A stretch of 64,000 bases of DNA, taken from a virus. Taxonomy: Duplodnaviria > Caudoviricetes. Every line of letters starts with the position of its first letter. Positions within the stretch are counted from its first letter, which is position 1. Where the stretch lies: positions 63,449 to 127,448 of the IMG/VR virus record IMGVR_UViG_3300021255_001258. The stretch is one strand, 5' to 3'. Shown piece by piece: positions 34,474 through 44,142 of this stretch. A model generated the notes under the pieces. It was not told where the DNA came from, did no database searches, and was given only the letters and a program-made list of their open reading frames with translations. The position numbers were made by a program, and so were the translations under genes.

Positions 34474-35109
34474 TTATACCTCTATATATGTCACTGAGTT
34501 ACTAATGCTCAGTCTAACGTCAACATCTGCTTCGAATGCGTCAATGTCGGCATCCATAGCTTGGATTTTTGCATACAGATTTAATGGATCAACAAGTTCC
34601 CACTCATTCTTTGCCCTATAAGGTTCAGAAATCGCATTTAAATCCGCTTCAGATACCTTCTTTTCGGAATCTTTTCCCAAGAAAGTCTCAAGCATTTTGT
34701 CAACCTGAGTATCAACCCTTTTATTTTCTTTCTCAACATTATTCGTTGCTGTAGCCCACTGAGACTTCATTGTCTGAAGCAGCATCTTATCATACATAAT
34801 TGAGTTCTTGCGCTCAATGGCTTCGGCTACAGTATATTTCTTTCCGGCAATTTCAACCATTGTCGTAGCATTGCTTTGGACAATCGCCGATTTTAATTTC
34901 GCCCGATTCTCAATTAAATCAGAGACAGACTGATACGAAGCTTTAGCGTTTGCCTCGAAATTCTCCAATTTAAAATTACCAACTTTGTCCGATGACTTCT
35001 TCTTGCTATCCACAAAAGAAGCAGAAGAGAGTGCCTTATTTATTTTCTGGTCATACAATTTAAGTTCAGTCAACGCCTCTGTAATACTAATTTTTCTTGT
35101 ATCAGCCAT
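34474..35109 (-). CDS. DIP1984-like helical protein
   Basis: ITEALTELK, LKSAIVQSNATT..TVAEAI and C-terminal VD..LS..N pattern; family recognised by eye. Confidence 0.6.
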   Translation of the reverse strand: MADTRKISITEALTELKLYDQKINKALSSASFVDSKKKSSDKVGNFKLENFEANAKASYQSVSDLIENRAKLKSAIVQSNATTMVEIAGKKYTVAEAIERKNSIMYDKMLLQTMKSQWATATNNVEKENKRVDTQVDKMLETFLGKDSEKKVSEADLNAISEPYRAKNEWELVDPLNLYAKIQAMDADIDAFEADVDVRLSISNSVTYIEV

Positions 35110-35253
35110 GATAATCTCCTTTTAATCATATTTGGCGGATTTAAGGTCTCCGCCGGGACCAATATTTAACTATGGCTATTCGGCTCATTGGAACCCCAAA
35201 ATTTTCATATTTAAGACACGCCACCGCCTGTGTCACCATAGCACAAATAATCA

Positions 35254-35526
35254 TTAGTTAATTGCTTCTTTAACAGCCTTGCCGAATTTTACCTTCGGAG
35301 CATACTTTGCCGGAACTTTAACGGCTTCCCCAGTTCTCGGATTTCTAGCTGTCCGAGCCTCCTTGTAATCAGCCGTAAACTTAATGCCAGACCACGGAGT
35401 AACCCCGCCTTCATCCTTCATATGATCAACAATTACTTCCATAATAAGATCCAGAACTTCCTTTGTATCCTTCTTAGTCATTCCGGTCTTTGCAGCTGTT
35501 TCGCTAATAAATTCTGCACGATTCAT
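35254..35526 (-). CDS. hup: HU-family DNA-binding protein
   Basis: MNRAEFI...ARTARNPRTGEAVKVPAKYAPKVKFGK. Confidence 0.92.
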   Translation of the reverse strand: MNRAEFISETAAKTGMTKKDTKEVLDLIMEVIVDHMKDEGGVTPWSGIKFTADYKEARTARNPRTGEAVKVPAKYAPKVKFGKAVKEAIN

Positions 35527-35755
35527 AATTCATTTCTCCTTTTAATCCTTAATTTTATCTATAGTAAAAATCGCGATTAGTGTTTATCCTATACCACACC
35601 AAAGGTTTCGGTTAATCATGATTCCGTATTTATATTACGCCGCACTCGGCAAAAGCGGCGGAAGAGTAGTATCGCAAAAATTCCCCTTCAATAGTGGACT
35701 TTCGTGACCATTAAAAATCCCTTATTTTTATTGGGTTTTACGAATACCAAAACAA

Positions 35756-38404
35756 TTAAGTGTCCCGAAAACCATTATAAAAACATGATAAAAATAAATC
35801 TGGATTAACTTCATAAAGAACTTTCAATAACAATGACCTATTTTTATTAGTTAATCGCGCTATTGTGTTTTTGTTTCTGATAAAACCTGGATATAACATA
35901 AATGCTCGATTAATTAACCAATACACTAAACCGCGATAGCTGCTTGAAAGATTCATACCCCTAATCTTTTGAATTAATTCATCAAAATCACTACGAAGTA
36001 AAATGAAATCATTATAATCGTAGTCATCTGTTCGTTTCTGGTCTAACACATTAATTCTATAATTCAAAAGAGTATAATCTTCTATAAATTTCTCAACTTT
36101 TTTATTTATCTTTCTGCTTCCGGTATCCTTTATGGGAATTAAAAAATCCTTAAATAATAATCCATCTGCAACCCTTTTCGGATATCTAAGTTTCAAGTCT
36201 TGTAAATAATCCATCGGACATTTGAGACTCTTATTGATTTTTTCGGAATCAAAACCTCGTTTAATTGTCTTCCAAAATTTCGGATAACCGTTTATCTCAA
36301 TATCCATGTCTTGTTTTATTAGTTTGATTTCCTCTGCGATTTGGATGTTAAAGCGGCGCTTTGCGGAATCGATTGCCGCCTGAGCAAGAACACTGAGTTC
36401 TGCAACATAATCATTGTATTTTGGATCTTCAAATGAATACGAATAAGACTGGGCAATCTGAGCAATATTAGAAGACTCACCTATGTCTCGCTGAGATCCA
36501 GCAAGAAGATTATCCATAGCCGCAAAATCAGCCATTGAGCTATCATACGTATTTGTATCTTTTGGAATGTTATTCACAATTGTAGGATATTCAGCATAAC
36601 AATATCTTGCATGGTCTACAATGTTTTGTTGATTAGTAACATAAAGACTGTCGGAATCCTGGTCGCTACCATTATTCCGATCCTGAAAATCCGTACCAAT
36701 CATATTGACAGCAACAATCTGCGGAGAGAAGTTGAAATATTTTTCAATACGTTCGTCTATGATATTGTGGAGGTAGCTCATATTGAAACGACCATTAAAA
36801 GGACTTCTGAATCCGGCAAGATACTCACCGTCTGAAAATCTATATGTAAAACACTGAATTGTACCCGGCTCATACTTCAGTGTAGTATCTAAATCGCAAT
36901 CTTCCTGATTGCCAGTGGCGGCATAAATCAGCATTGCATAAGGAGAACCAACGATTGTAAGATTGTCTCCATTTTGCAAAAGTTCCCCACTTTTGATGTT
37001 AAGAAGATAATTAGAAAGTATATGCTTTTTCCGCTCCCTATAATAATCACATCTTACAAAATCTGGATTCCACTCGCATAGATCAAGCAATACCTCATAG
37101 TCATTCGCAAAATTAAGATTTTTGCGCAAGAATGTTTTAAACTCCTCGTCATCATCTTTAAGCATCTGGATATAATCTACCGTCTCCTGGCACACTTCCT
37201 TCATAGTATTAATATCAAGTGAATTAACAATCTGGTAACTCATTTTCTGATATCTGCCAAGTTTACTCGGATGTGAAAACTTTACCACACCAAACATGCA
37301 GTCGTTCTTATGAACCCATTCACACCAGTATTCATAAGAAATATCCATCTTCATCCATTTAACTGCGTTCGTAGTTGTAATGAGTTCGATGTCTTTAAGA
37401 TAATGGTCATTACCCCAACAATCCTTTACGGTTCTTGTATTGTAGTCCCATCCGTTCTTATTACACCAATCTCGGAAAAACAGCTGAATATTTGCATGAA
37501 ACGCTGCCATCTTTGTAAAGTGATGCCGGAGAAGAACATAACCATTTGCCCACACCGGGAAAATAGATGTATCAATAAGAGCTTGTCCGTCAAAAAGAGT
37601 ATTCTTTAATTCATATTCGTTAATCCATTTTGCCACACAATGTTTATCCTCATCGGTTTCTACACTCACGACATCACGAGTGAAAAATCTATCAACGTCA
37701 TCCAATATCAGGATATTTTCCGGGTGAATTTGTACTCTTCCGACAATACCGCTAGAAATCAGTGGGGCATAAGCAGAGACTTCAACAATCTTTGCGTTAT
37801 GTTCTGGCAACTTAATCCCCATATAAAGAAAATCATGAGCCGCCTCATACAATTCATCTCTGATAAAAGTACAAGTACCTTTCTTTGCTTTTCCGGTAGA
37901 ACGGTACAGCATTTTGTAATGAATTGTTTCAGTCTTTATTACTTTGCCAGATTTATTATGTGTTTCATACTTAACGTCAACACCGTTTACATAGCATATT
38001 TCTCGGACTTCTTGAGTATTGCGTTTTACATATATATTTTTATTTTTATATGCATCACGAATTAGTTCATTCGTTCTGTCTCTATTATGTGCTGCCTTCT
38101 CCATGAGATACTTATCATTGTCGGCTTTTGCTTTTTTATAGTCGGCGGAAAATTTTGTGGCATTTTTGTGGAGGTGTGCCACTTCTTCCTGATAAGATCT
38201 TGTCCCGTAGTTAAACTCAAGACAGATTACATCCCTGGTCGAGCCATCTTTCCAAACAGTCAAACCATTATCAAGCAAGAAGTCAAGAAACAGGCTGTTT
38301 ACCAACATTGCATCCTTATACTCAAAATGACTTCTGAGTCCAAGGTTGTACTCTATATTAGTGGAGGCCTCAATGTTTTTTATCTTTACTCCGTAATCGC
38401 TGAT
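35756..38404 (-). CDS. yonO: YonO-like single-subunit (double-psi barrel) RNA polymerase
   Basis: FDGQ, LLRHHFTK, FRSP and NGSDQDSD (DxDxD metal loop), IDSAK motifs; adjacent to HU. Start is either ATC 38404 or near 38308-38311. Confidence 0.82.
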   Translation of the reverse strand: MSDYGVKIKNIEASTNIEYNLGLRSHFEYKDAMLVNSLFLDFLLDNGLTVWKDGSTRDVICLEFNYGTRSYQEEVAHLHKNATKFSADYKKAKADNDKYLMEKAAHNRDRTNELIRDAYKNKNIYVKRNTQEVREICYVNGVDVKYETHNKSGKVIKTETIHYKMLYRSTGKAKKGTCTFIRDELYEAAHDFLYMGIKLPEHNAKIVEVSAYAPLISSGIVGRVQIHPENILILDDVDRFFTRDVVSVETDEDKHCVAKWINEYELKNTLFDGQALIDTSIFPVWANGYVLLRHHFTKMAAFHANIQLFFRDWCNKNGWDYNTRTVKDCWGNDHYLKDIELITTTNAVKWMKMDISYEYWCEWVHKNDCMFGVVKFSHPSKLGRYQKMSYQIVNSLDINTMKEVCQETVDYIQMLKDDDEEFKTFLRKNLNFANDYEVLLDLCEWNPDFVRCDYYRERKKHILSNYLLNIKSGELLQNGDNLTIVGSPYAMLIYAATGNQEDCDLDTTLKYEPGTIQCFTYRFSDGEYLAGFRSPFNGRFNMSYLHNIIDERIEKYFNFSPQIVAVNMIGTDFQDRNNGSDQDSDSLYVTNQQNIVDHARYCYAEYPTIVNNIPKDTNTYDSSMADFAAMDNLLAGSQRDIGESSNIAQIAQSYSYSFEDPKYNDYVAELSVLAQAAIDSAKRRFNIQIAEEIKLIKQDMDIEINGYPKFWKTIKRGFDSEKINKSLKCPMDYLQDLKLRYPKRVADGLLFKDFLIPIKDTGSRKINKKVEKFIEDYTLLNYRINVLDQKRTDDYDYNDFILLRSDFDELIQKIRGMNLSSSYRGLVYWLINRAFMLYPGFIRNKNTIARLTNKNRSLLLKVLYEVNPDLFLSCFYNGFRDT

Positions 38405-38733
38405 ATCTCATCACCATCCCCGAAAATGTATTTGTACAATTCCTCCGACGATGAAATTGTAACGCGCTGGCCATTTATGTCTGTATAAACATTATTATTC
38501 TTACCACGGCCATAGTTATTGGACAAGCAAAATTCTTCGATTGCATTGTAATAAAAATCATCCGGTAATAACAGTCTGAGTAATTTTAAAACTGCCACCT
38601 TATTGTCTGGTTCTATAAGAAATCCATCGGCATTATATTTCTTATATAATTTATTTTTGTCTTTTTGATAATCATCTATAGTTTGCATCGAATTGATTAC
38701 CTCTACAAAAGTATCTTTATCAATAACTTCCAA
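38386..38733 (-). CDS. Hypothetical protein, paralog of 40258-40596
   Basis: Shared (I/M)DK..F..I...MQ N-terminus and D..G.....SS.E.LY C-terminus. Confidence 0.65.
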   Translation of the reverse strand: MEVIDKDTFVEVINSMQTIDDYQKDKNKLYKKYNADGFLIEPDNKVAVLKLLRLLLPDDFYYNAIEEFCLSNNYGRGKNNNVYTDINGQRVTISSSEELYKYIFGDGDEISAITE

Positions 38734-38754
38734 TAAACATCACTCCTTCATAAA

Positions 38755-40032
38755 TCATGCCGTTCGGATACTCGTGACTTCAGTCATGAGAGGAGAACGG
38801 CTTCTCCTTTCGATTAATAATGTTTGTCTCGATTCTAGTTTTTGTAATTTTTTGCAAGACACAGATCCGTTGTTCACTTTATCTCCAAACAGATTTCTTA
38901 TGTCAAAATATCCGCTTTTTCTTCTCCCGAAAATATAATAAGATTTACCATTATATTTGACTTTATCAAATAATTGAAACCCATTTATATATTTTTCGGC
39001 TTGATTAAGCTTCTTTTTTCCTTCTTTTAAGATGTTTGTTTTGTGTATTTGGCGATTTGTTTTTCTAACTTGTTTATAGAAGTAATAGTAATCAAGTGGT
39101 TTAGTATCCATATTTCCCGTAATGCAGTACGCATCAATATAATGTTCTTTTGGTAAATTATTTCTAATCCTAATATTTTTCGTAATGTAGCCATAAGTCA
39201 TTCCAACACTTGGGTACCGCTCCCTCAACCTATTATAAAACGTCCACCGCATAATATTCATAAATGCTGCGTCTCTAAACGATTTTTCACGTTTAATTAT
39301 TAAATTTAGCTCTCCTCTATGGTATTTCTTGTGACATGTTTCACATAGTGTTATCAGATTACTTGGGGCGTTTCCACCTATTTTTCTAGATTCTATATGA
39401 TGCACGTTCAGAATATTATCTTTTGACTTGCCATGACAACATTGACACTCATGATTATCTCTAAAAATCACATACTCCCGAACATTCCAGAATCCTAATT
39501 GATTACCGCGTTGATACTCTTCGCCCGAAATATCAGGGTTTTTAATCTTTTGGATATCAAATGACGCGGTTTCTACAACAATTCTGCTCACTGGAAGAAT
39601 CATATAAATATTCTTGATAACTTTTAGGTGTGCCTGTATTTTATTCTCAATTGACGGTGCAAGCCATCCCTTATTTTTTGAATGCACCCGATTTAAGAAT
39701 TTCGGTTGTCGATACCTCGTTTTACGATTTCTCCTACTTCTTCTATTTTGTCTGCGTGTTGATAAATTCTCTACGATATCGTCTCGAAGTTCAACATTTG
39801 CTGCATACAATTCTTTCTTATCTGTCGTTGCGGATAATCCGATGTACTTGCTTCCAGCGTCCACGCCAAGGGTTATCGGCTGTTTATAGCCAGAAGATCC
39901 ATATAACAATTGAATTGTAAATGGTTCCGTTCTGATCACTTTTGCTTTGCCGTCTCTTAGCAAGTGTCTAGCTTTTGCTGGACTACATGGCATTAACGGC
40001 TTACCATATTTGTTTAGTACGTACACTATCAT
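38755..40032 (-). CDS. iscB: IscB RNA-guided endonuclease (OMEGA)
   Basis: PLMP N-terminus, RuvC-I GVDAG, Arg-rich bridge helix, RuvC-II VVET, HNH (HH..GGN..NLITLCETCH), RuvC-III HYIDA. Confidence 0.95.
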   Translation of the reverse strand: MIVYVLNKYGKPLMPCSPAKARHLLRDGKAKVIRTEPFTIQLLYGSSGYKQPITLGVDAGSKYIGLSATTDKKELYAANVELRDDIVENLSTRRQNRRSRRNRKTRYRQPKFLNRVHSKNKGWLAPSIENKIQAHLKVIKNIYMILPVSRIVVETASFDIQKIKNPDISGEEYQRGNQLGFWNVREYVIFRDNHECQCCHGKSKDNILNVHHIESRKIGGNAPSNLITLCETCHKKYHRGELNLIIKREKSFRDAAFMNIMRWTFYNRLRERYPSVGMTYGYITKNIRIRNNLPKEHYIDAYCITGNMDTKPLDYYYFYKQVRKTNRQIHKTNILKEGKKKLNQAEKYINGFQLFDKVKYNGKSYYIFGRRKSGYFDIRNLFGDKVNNGSVSCKKLQKLESRQTLLIERRSRSPLMTEVTSIRTA

Positions 40033-40272
40033 GTAGTGTTCCTCCTATTCCTAAGTTAGTTACCCTTCGACAATGTTATCTATACTTGTCTAATCGACCG
40101 TTCCCAGGTTGACTGTTCCTACCCATTAGAACTGTTTACAGAGCCTGCACAGAGCCGTAGGTTAGGGTGTACGCCTACGGGTGTGATAATATAGATAACG
40201 TAGATCTCGAAGATCTTAATCTAGTCAACAACGGACTTTTCAAGCCCGTGACTTTAGTCATGGGTTATTGAC
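38759..40272 (-). mobile_element. IS200/IS605-family IscB element (non-autonomous, no tnpA in window)
   Basis: Left end GTCAATAACCCATGACTAAAGTCACGGGCTT; right end CTCATGACTGAAGTCACGAG followed by ATGA. Confidence 0.85.
40045..40272 (-). ncRNA. omegaRNA (HEARO-type) scaffold
   Basis: Non-coding structured region directly upstream of iscB with GTTGACTAG, CTACGTT and ACATTGTCGAAG segments typical of these scaffolds. Confidence 0.8.
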
Positions 40273-40596
40273 CTCTTTAACCAGTAAATCATAAAGCTTC
40301 TCCGGCGAACTTAAATCTATATCAACTACATTGCCATCTTCATCAGTTTCGGTGATGCACCCCGGCTTCCATGTTTTGCCAAAGTCCAGCCCGAACACGA
40401 AATACTCGATGGTGTCAACATCATCAAATATAAATGCTAATGCCTCAATCAACTCACTCATTAACTCTGAGGAATTACTTTCACCAAATTCAATATTTCG
40501 CTTCCGCAGCATCCTGTTTATTTCAAGATCAGCCTCCCAACAAGTCTGCATTCTGTGCATGATTTTGAGGAACTGTTCTTTGTCCATTATCTTCAT
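40258..40596 (-). CDS. Hypothetical protein whose 3' end is supplied by the IscB element
   Basis: The last codons (VNNP-stop) lie within the element's left end. Confidence 0.7.
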   Translation of the reverse strand: MKIMDKEQFLKIMHRMQTCWEADLEINRMLRKRNIEFGESNSSELMSELIEALAFIFDDVDTIEYFVFGLDFGKTWKPGCITETDEDGNVVDIDLSSPEKLYDLLVKEVNNP

Positions 40597-41348
40597 GACA
40601 CGCCAGCCTTTGCCAATGTTCCACGCACCATGGAGCGTACCATATACTTCATCAATTCTCCGCTAGGATTATTGTATATAGCCTTCGAACACATATCTGT
40701 AACATGTTCTGCCAACTCTTCGTCCGTCATGTTGCCCTTCATTTTATTGCAGCCCTCATGAACCGCACGAAGATTTTTGATGCTATTTGTACCGCCGCGA
40801 CTCAATGGAACAATATGATCTAGCGTATAATTTGCTTTATATAATGGTTTTCCGCAGAGTTCACAAACTCCGTCCGATTTTTCAAAAACTGCCACACGAA
40901 CTTCTTCTGGAAAAACAATACGCTTTGTAGAATCAGCAAGAGCAGTATTTAATACCTCAAACTTTTCAACGTCCTTTACCGGAACAGGTTCGCTCGAACG
41001 ATTCTGCCGCACAAATTTTTCGGTAATAACAAACTTGATATCTGCATCCAGCCTGTCTCGGTATGTATCAAAATATTCGAATGCAGCATCCGCAGAACTA
41101 AAACTCCGCGCTTTCTTTATTTCAGTTACGACATTGCCGTCATTCCCAACAAATTTCATGGGAGTGGAAATAACATAGTCATTGCCTTTAGAAGAATTAC
41201 GTTCTTTATAAACGCTATATTGCGGACGTTCTGTGATAAATGCGGTGGCTCGGCTCATCTTCATGTGTTTAGCGGCAGCTGGACAAGTTGCACCTTCTGC
41301 CATTCCAGTCAAAAAACGAATATCATTAGACAGATAATATTTACTCAT
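40593..41348 (-). CDS. HNH endonuclease domain protein
   Basis: CELCG...TLDHIVPLSRGGTN...NL....CNKMKG. Confidence 0.85.
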   Translation of the reverse strand: MSKYYLSNDIRFLTGMAEGATCPAAAKHMKMSRATAFITERPQYSVYKERNSSKGNDYVISTPMKFVGNDGNVVTEIKKARSFSSADAAFEYFDTYRDRLDADIKFVITEKFVRQNRSSEPVPVKDVEKFEVLNTALADSTKRIVFPEEVRVAVFEKSDGVCELCGKPLYKANYTLDHIVPLSRGGTNSIKNLRAVHEGCNKMKGNMTDEELAEHVTDMCSKAIYNNPSGELMKYMVRSMVRGTLAKAGVS

Positions 41349-41658
41349 TTTCCAGATCCTTTCTTCTTGGCGTTCTTAAGACGCTCACCAATTGCCCGAC
41401 GTTCTTCTTCTGTATATTCGCGTTCTCTGGTCATGGTTTTACTGCGGAATGAAATAAGCCTCTTTGGACATTCATATGTCTTGCCTACAATATCTCCGCC
41501 ATGGCGGCTGATACCCACCAACCGCCATCCATCTGGATTGCCCTCAACATGTTTGTCCAATTTGGTCATATAAGTATAGTCACTCGTATAAACCGTGGCC
41601 ACATCAGAATTTCTGTCCATCTGAATGGTTGTCTCTTGTTCTTCAATCGGTGTTCTCA
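41345..41658 (-). CDS. Hypothetical phage protein
   Basis: EQETTI..D...ATVYTSD pattern; start approximate. Confidence 0.6.
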
Positions 41659-41840
41659 TCTTTAGCCTCCTCGGAAATTTCCTCATTATTCAATAGCTTC
41701 TGCATCAGCGCCAACATTGCCTTCTGACGCTTGACTTTGAACGGTTTACATGGAGTAGAGCAGTACCGGTATCTCCGGCACTGTACACAATCTCCATCAG
41801 TTTTCCACTGTTCATTCCATTTTGGCTCTCTATTCATCAT
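41643..41840 (-). CDS. Small Cys-rich protein
   Basis: EQWKTDGDCVQCRR..YC..PC. Confidence 0.6.
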   Translation of the reverse strand: MMNREPKWNEQWKTDGDCVQCRRYRYCSTPCKPFKVKRQKAMLALMQKLLNNEEISEEAKDENTD

Positions 41841-42862
41841 GCTTCCTCCTGCTCATTAACGTATTTGTCAACGGCTGCCCGGAATTTTGCCATTAATACA
41901 GGATTTGTTGAAATTGCATATCCAATTGAGCATTTTTTAAATCCGGTCTTTTCGCAAACGGCCTTAACGCAAGCATCAATTTCCGCACGATCCAATAGGG
42001 AATACGCCTTGGTATATGTATTGCTGCTGATTCGACCCGTCTTACTGACACGAGAAACAATATCTCTCACATTTTGTGGACAAATATTGATGTAATATGA
42101 TTTTATAGAGTAAAGATCTGCCGGAAATTCGGGCTTTGTGGCGGCACTCTGAAAATCATCCTTTTGTACCTTATTTTCCGGTGCCTTGAAATTACCCTTA
42201 TTGATAACCACGTAACTATTAATGACCTTCTCAAAGAGGAAACGGAGAGTATCAGATGCTGCAATCATAGAGAGTCCATCTTTTACATTATGTGTCTTCT
42301 TGTAATCCTCCATCAGCGTGGTAATGTTATAGTTATGTTCTTTCATTTTCTCGTATGCATAACTATAGACATTTTCTTTATCCCAGGAATTCTTCAGGCA
42401 GATAGAAGCGATTTTTCCGCGAGCCTCCTCGACCCAAAGATCCTGCTGATTCTGATTCAGCGTAGAAGAGAAGAGAGAGATAGAATCTCCGGTAGCCCGA
42501 CTTCCTTTAATTGTATCTGCAAGACCAATCAGATAATCACGAAGTTGATTCATCATTGCATCCGTAACGGCACTTGCAATATACTTTGGTAATTTTGCAA
42601 TAATTGCCTCTGTCATCTGGATAAGATTTTCATTCATGCGTTTCTCGGCAGCAAGCAATGCTTTTCCAACAAATTCAATGTTGTCTGCCAAATTCGTAAG
42701 ATTTTTATTGTATTCTGCCGTAACCGTGCCAATAGCAGATGTAAATATTGCCTGTAGAGCCTCAATCTTTTTATCTGTTTCTGTGGAAAGATGAGTTGTA
42801 TACAGAGCGAGTTCTTCATTTGTGAGCGGGGTTTCAGTAATATTCTGCATTTTCTGTGGCAT
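41837..42862 (-). CDS. Hypothetical coiled-coil protein
   Basis: 341-aa ORF, AGGAGG RBS. Confidence 0.65.
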   Translation of the reverse strand: MPQKMQNITETPLTNEELALYTTHLSTETDKKIEALQAIFTSAIGTVTAEYNKNLTNLADNIEFVGKALLAAEKRMNENLIQMTEAIIAKLPKYIASAVTDAMMNQLRDYLIGLADTIKGSRATGDSISLFSSTLNQNQQDLWVEEARGKIASICLKNSWDKENVYSYAYEKMKEHNYNITTLMEDYKKTHNVKDGLSMIAASDTLRFLFEKVINSYVVINKGNFKAPENKVQKDDFQSAATKPEFPADLYSIKSYYINICPQNVRDIVSRVSKTGRISSNTYTKAYSLLDRAEIDACVKAVCEKTGFKKCSIGYAISTNPVLMAKFRAAVDKYVNEQEEA

Positions 42863-42893
42863 CTTTTGTCCTCCTTGATAATATACGTTTAAT

Positions 42894-44066
42894 TTATTCG
42901 TTAATTGCTACGTCAATATAAGACTCATTATCCGTTGGATTTTGACTTTCTATATCCACTATTTTTTCATGCTTGTTAAATACCGATAACATGTCCCGGT
43001 ATGCCTCATAATACAAATCCATTACCTGGGCAAAATTTGCATTTACAGTTTCATTGCGCAATATAGAAGCCATTACTTTATTGTGCGAGATTTGTACAAG
43101 GCGGTCTCGGAAATTTTCGATGTCCGAGTAAAGACTATTGAGATATTTATTTGCCTCGAGATCTGGGCGCGGACTTCCGGCAGGATCATTAAAAGAGAAG
43201 TCTCCACGGGCGAATTTTTCGTTTTCATCCAGACGCTGATTCGCCTTCTCGTTTTTGAAACGCAGAAAATCCACTTCGTTCTGTAATTCTATTACCCGAT
43301 CCTCGGCTTTGTCGGCGCGGGATTTTTGCGCAAAATAATCAGGATTTTCCGCAGCCAGCGCAGCCTGTAAATCAGCAATGATGGATTGTTGTGTTTCAAT
43401 GGTGACTCGCAAAGCCTGCAGTTCATCATTGTTGTCAGCAGAAGCGGAATTCTTTTTTGCCGGAAGTTTTGGCTCCAGTTCCTTCTTTATTAAACCGTAT
43501 GCCTTATTCGTTGAAATAGCCCCCGTGTTCCAGTCGGCATATTCACCTTCGGAAAGATCGGCAGAATGTTCGACAATGAATTTCATGCGCTCATATTGCT
43601 TGCCGGAAATACCGAGACGACGAGCCACAATATCACGAGTTTTGCCAACCTCCTGATGTGGAAAATTTTCCACCTCTGCTTTTACCGATTTTGCGGCGTT
43701 ATTATTCTGAGTTGAAATCCTGCGCTCTTCTGCCTTTATACTTTCTATGCGCTCTAACCGAATCCCAGTATCTACGATCTCTTCCCTATTAAAATCCTTC
43801 CTATATCTATTCTCCGCAAATTCAACGGCGAGTTCGCGCTCTGCATCTGCGGTGTCCATGATTATTGCTGGAATGTCTGTCCAGCCGAGTTCGCGGCAAG
43901 CAGTAAGACGCCGTTCCCCGGCCAACAGTTGATATTGCTTGTTGACAAGGACAGGAGAGAGAAGACCGAGTTCGCTGATATTGGCGGCAAGTGCGGATAT
44001 GTCGCCAAGATCTTTGCGGATTCGATTGGTAATGGTGATTGAGTTAATGGGAATTGATTGAAGCAT
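42894..44066 (-). CDS. ParB/Srx N-terminal domain protein with HTH and coiled coil
   Basis: GLLSPVLV...LLAGERRL.A...LG, EN..RKDF motifs. Confidence 0.85.
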   Translation of the reverse strand: MLQSIPINSITITNRIRKDLGDISALAANISELGLLSPVLVNKQYQLLAGERRLTACRELGWTDIPAIIMDTADAERELAVEFAENRYRKDFNREEIVDTGIRLERIESIKAEERRISTQNNNAAKSVKAEVENFPHQEVGKTRDIVARRLGISGKQYERMKFIVEHSADLSEGEYADWNTGAISTNKAYGLIKKELEPKLPAKKNSASADNNDELQALRVTIETQQSIIADLQAALAAENPDYFAQKSRADKAEDRVIELQNEVDFLRFKNEKANQRLDENEKFARGDFSFNDPAGSPRPDLEANKYLNSLYSDIENFRDRLVQISHNKVMASILRNETVNANFAQVMDLYYEAYRDMLSVFNKHEKIVDIESQNPTDNESYIDVAINE

Positions 44067-44108
44067 AGTGGGCCTCCTTGAGCGTGAAGATTGTTTAATA
44101 TATTATTT

Positions 44109-44137
44109 ACAATAGCACATTATTTTTGGTTTGTCAA
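44109..44137 (-). promoter_or_regulatory. Sigma-A promoter of the ParB-like operon
   Basis: TTGACA-17-TATTGT with extended TG. Confidence 0.7.
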
Positions 44138-44142
44138 CATAT

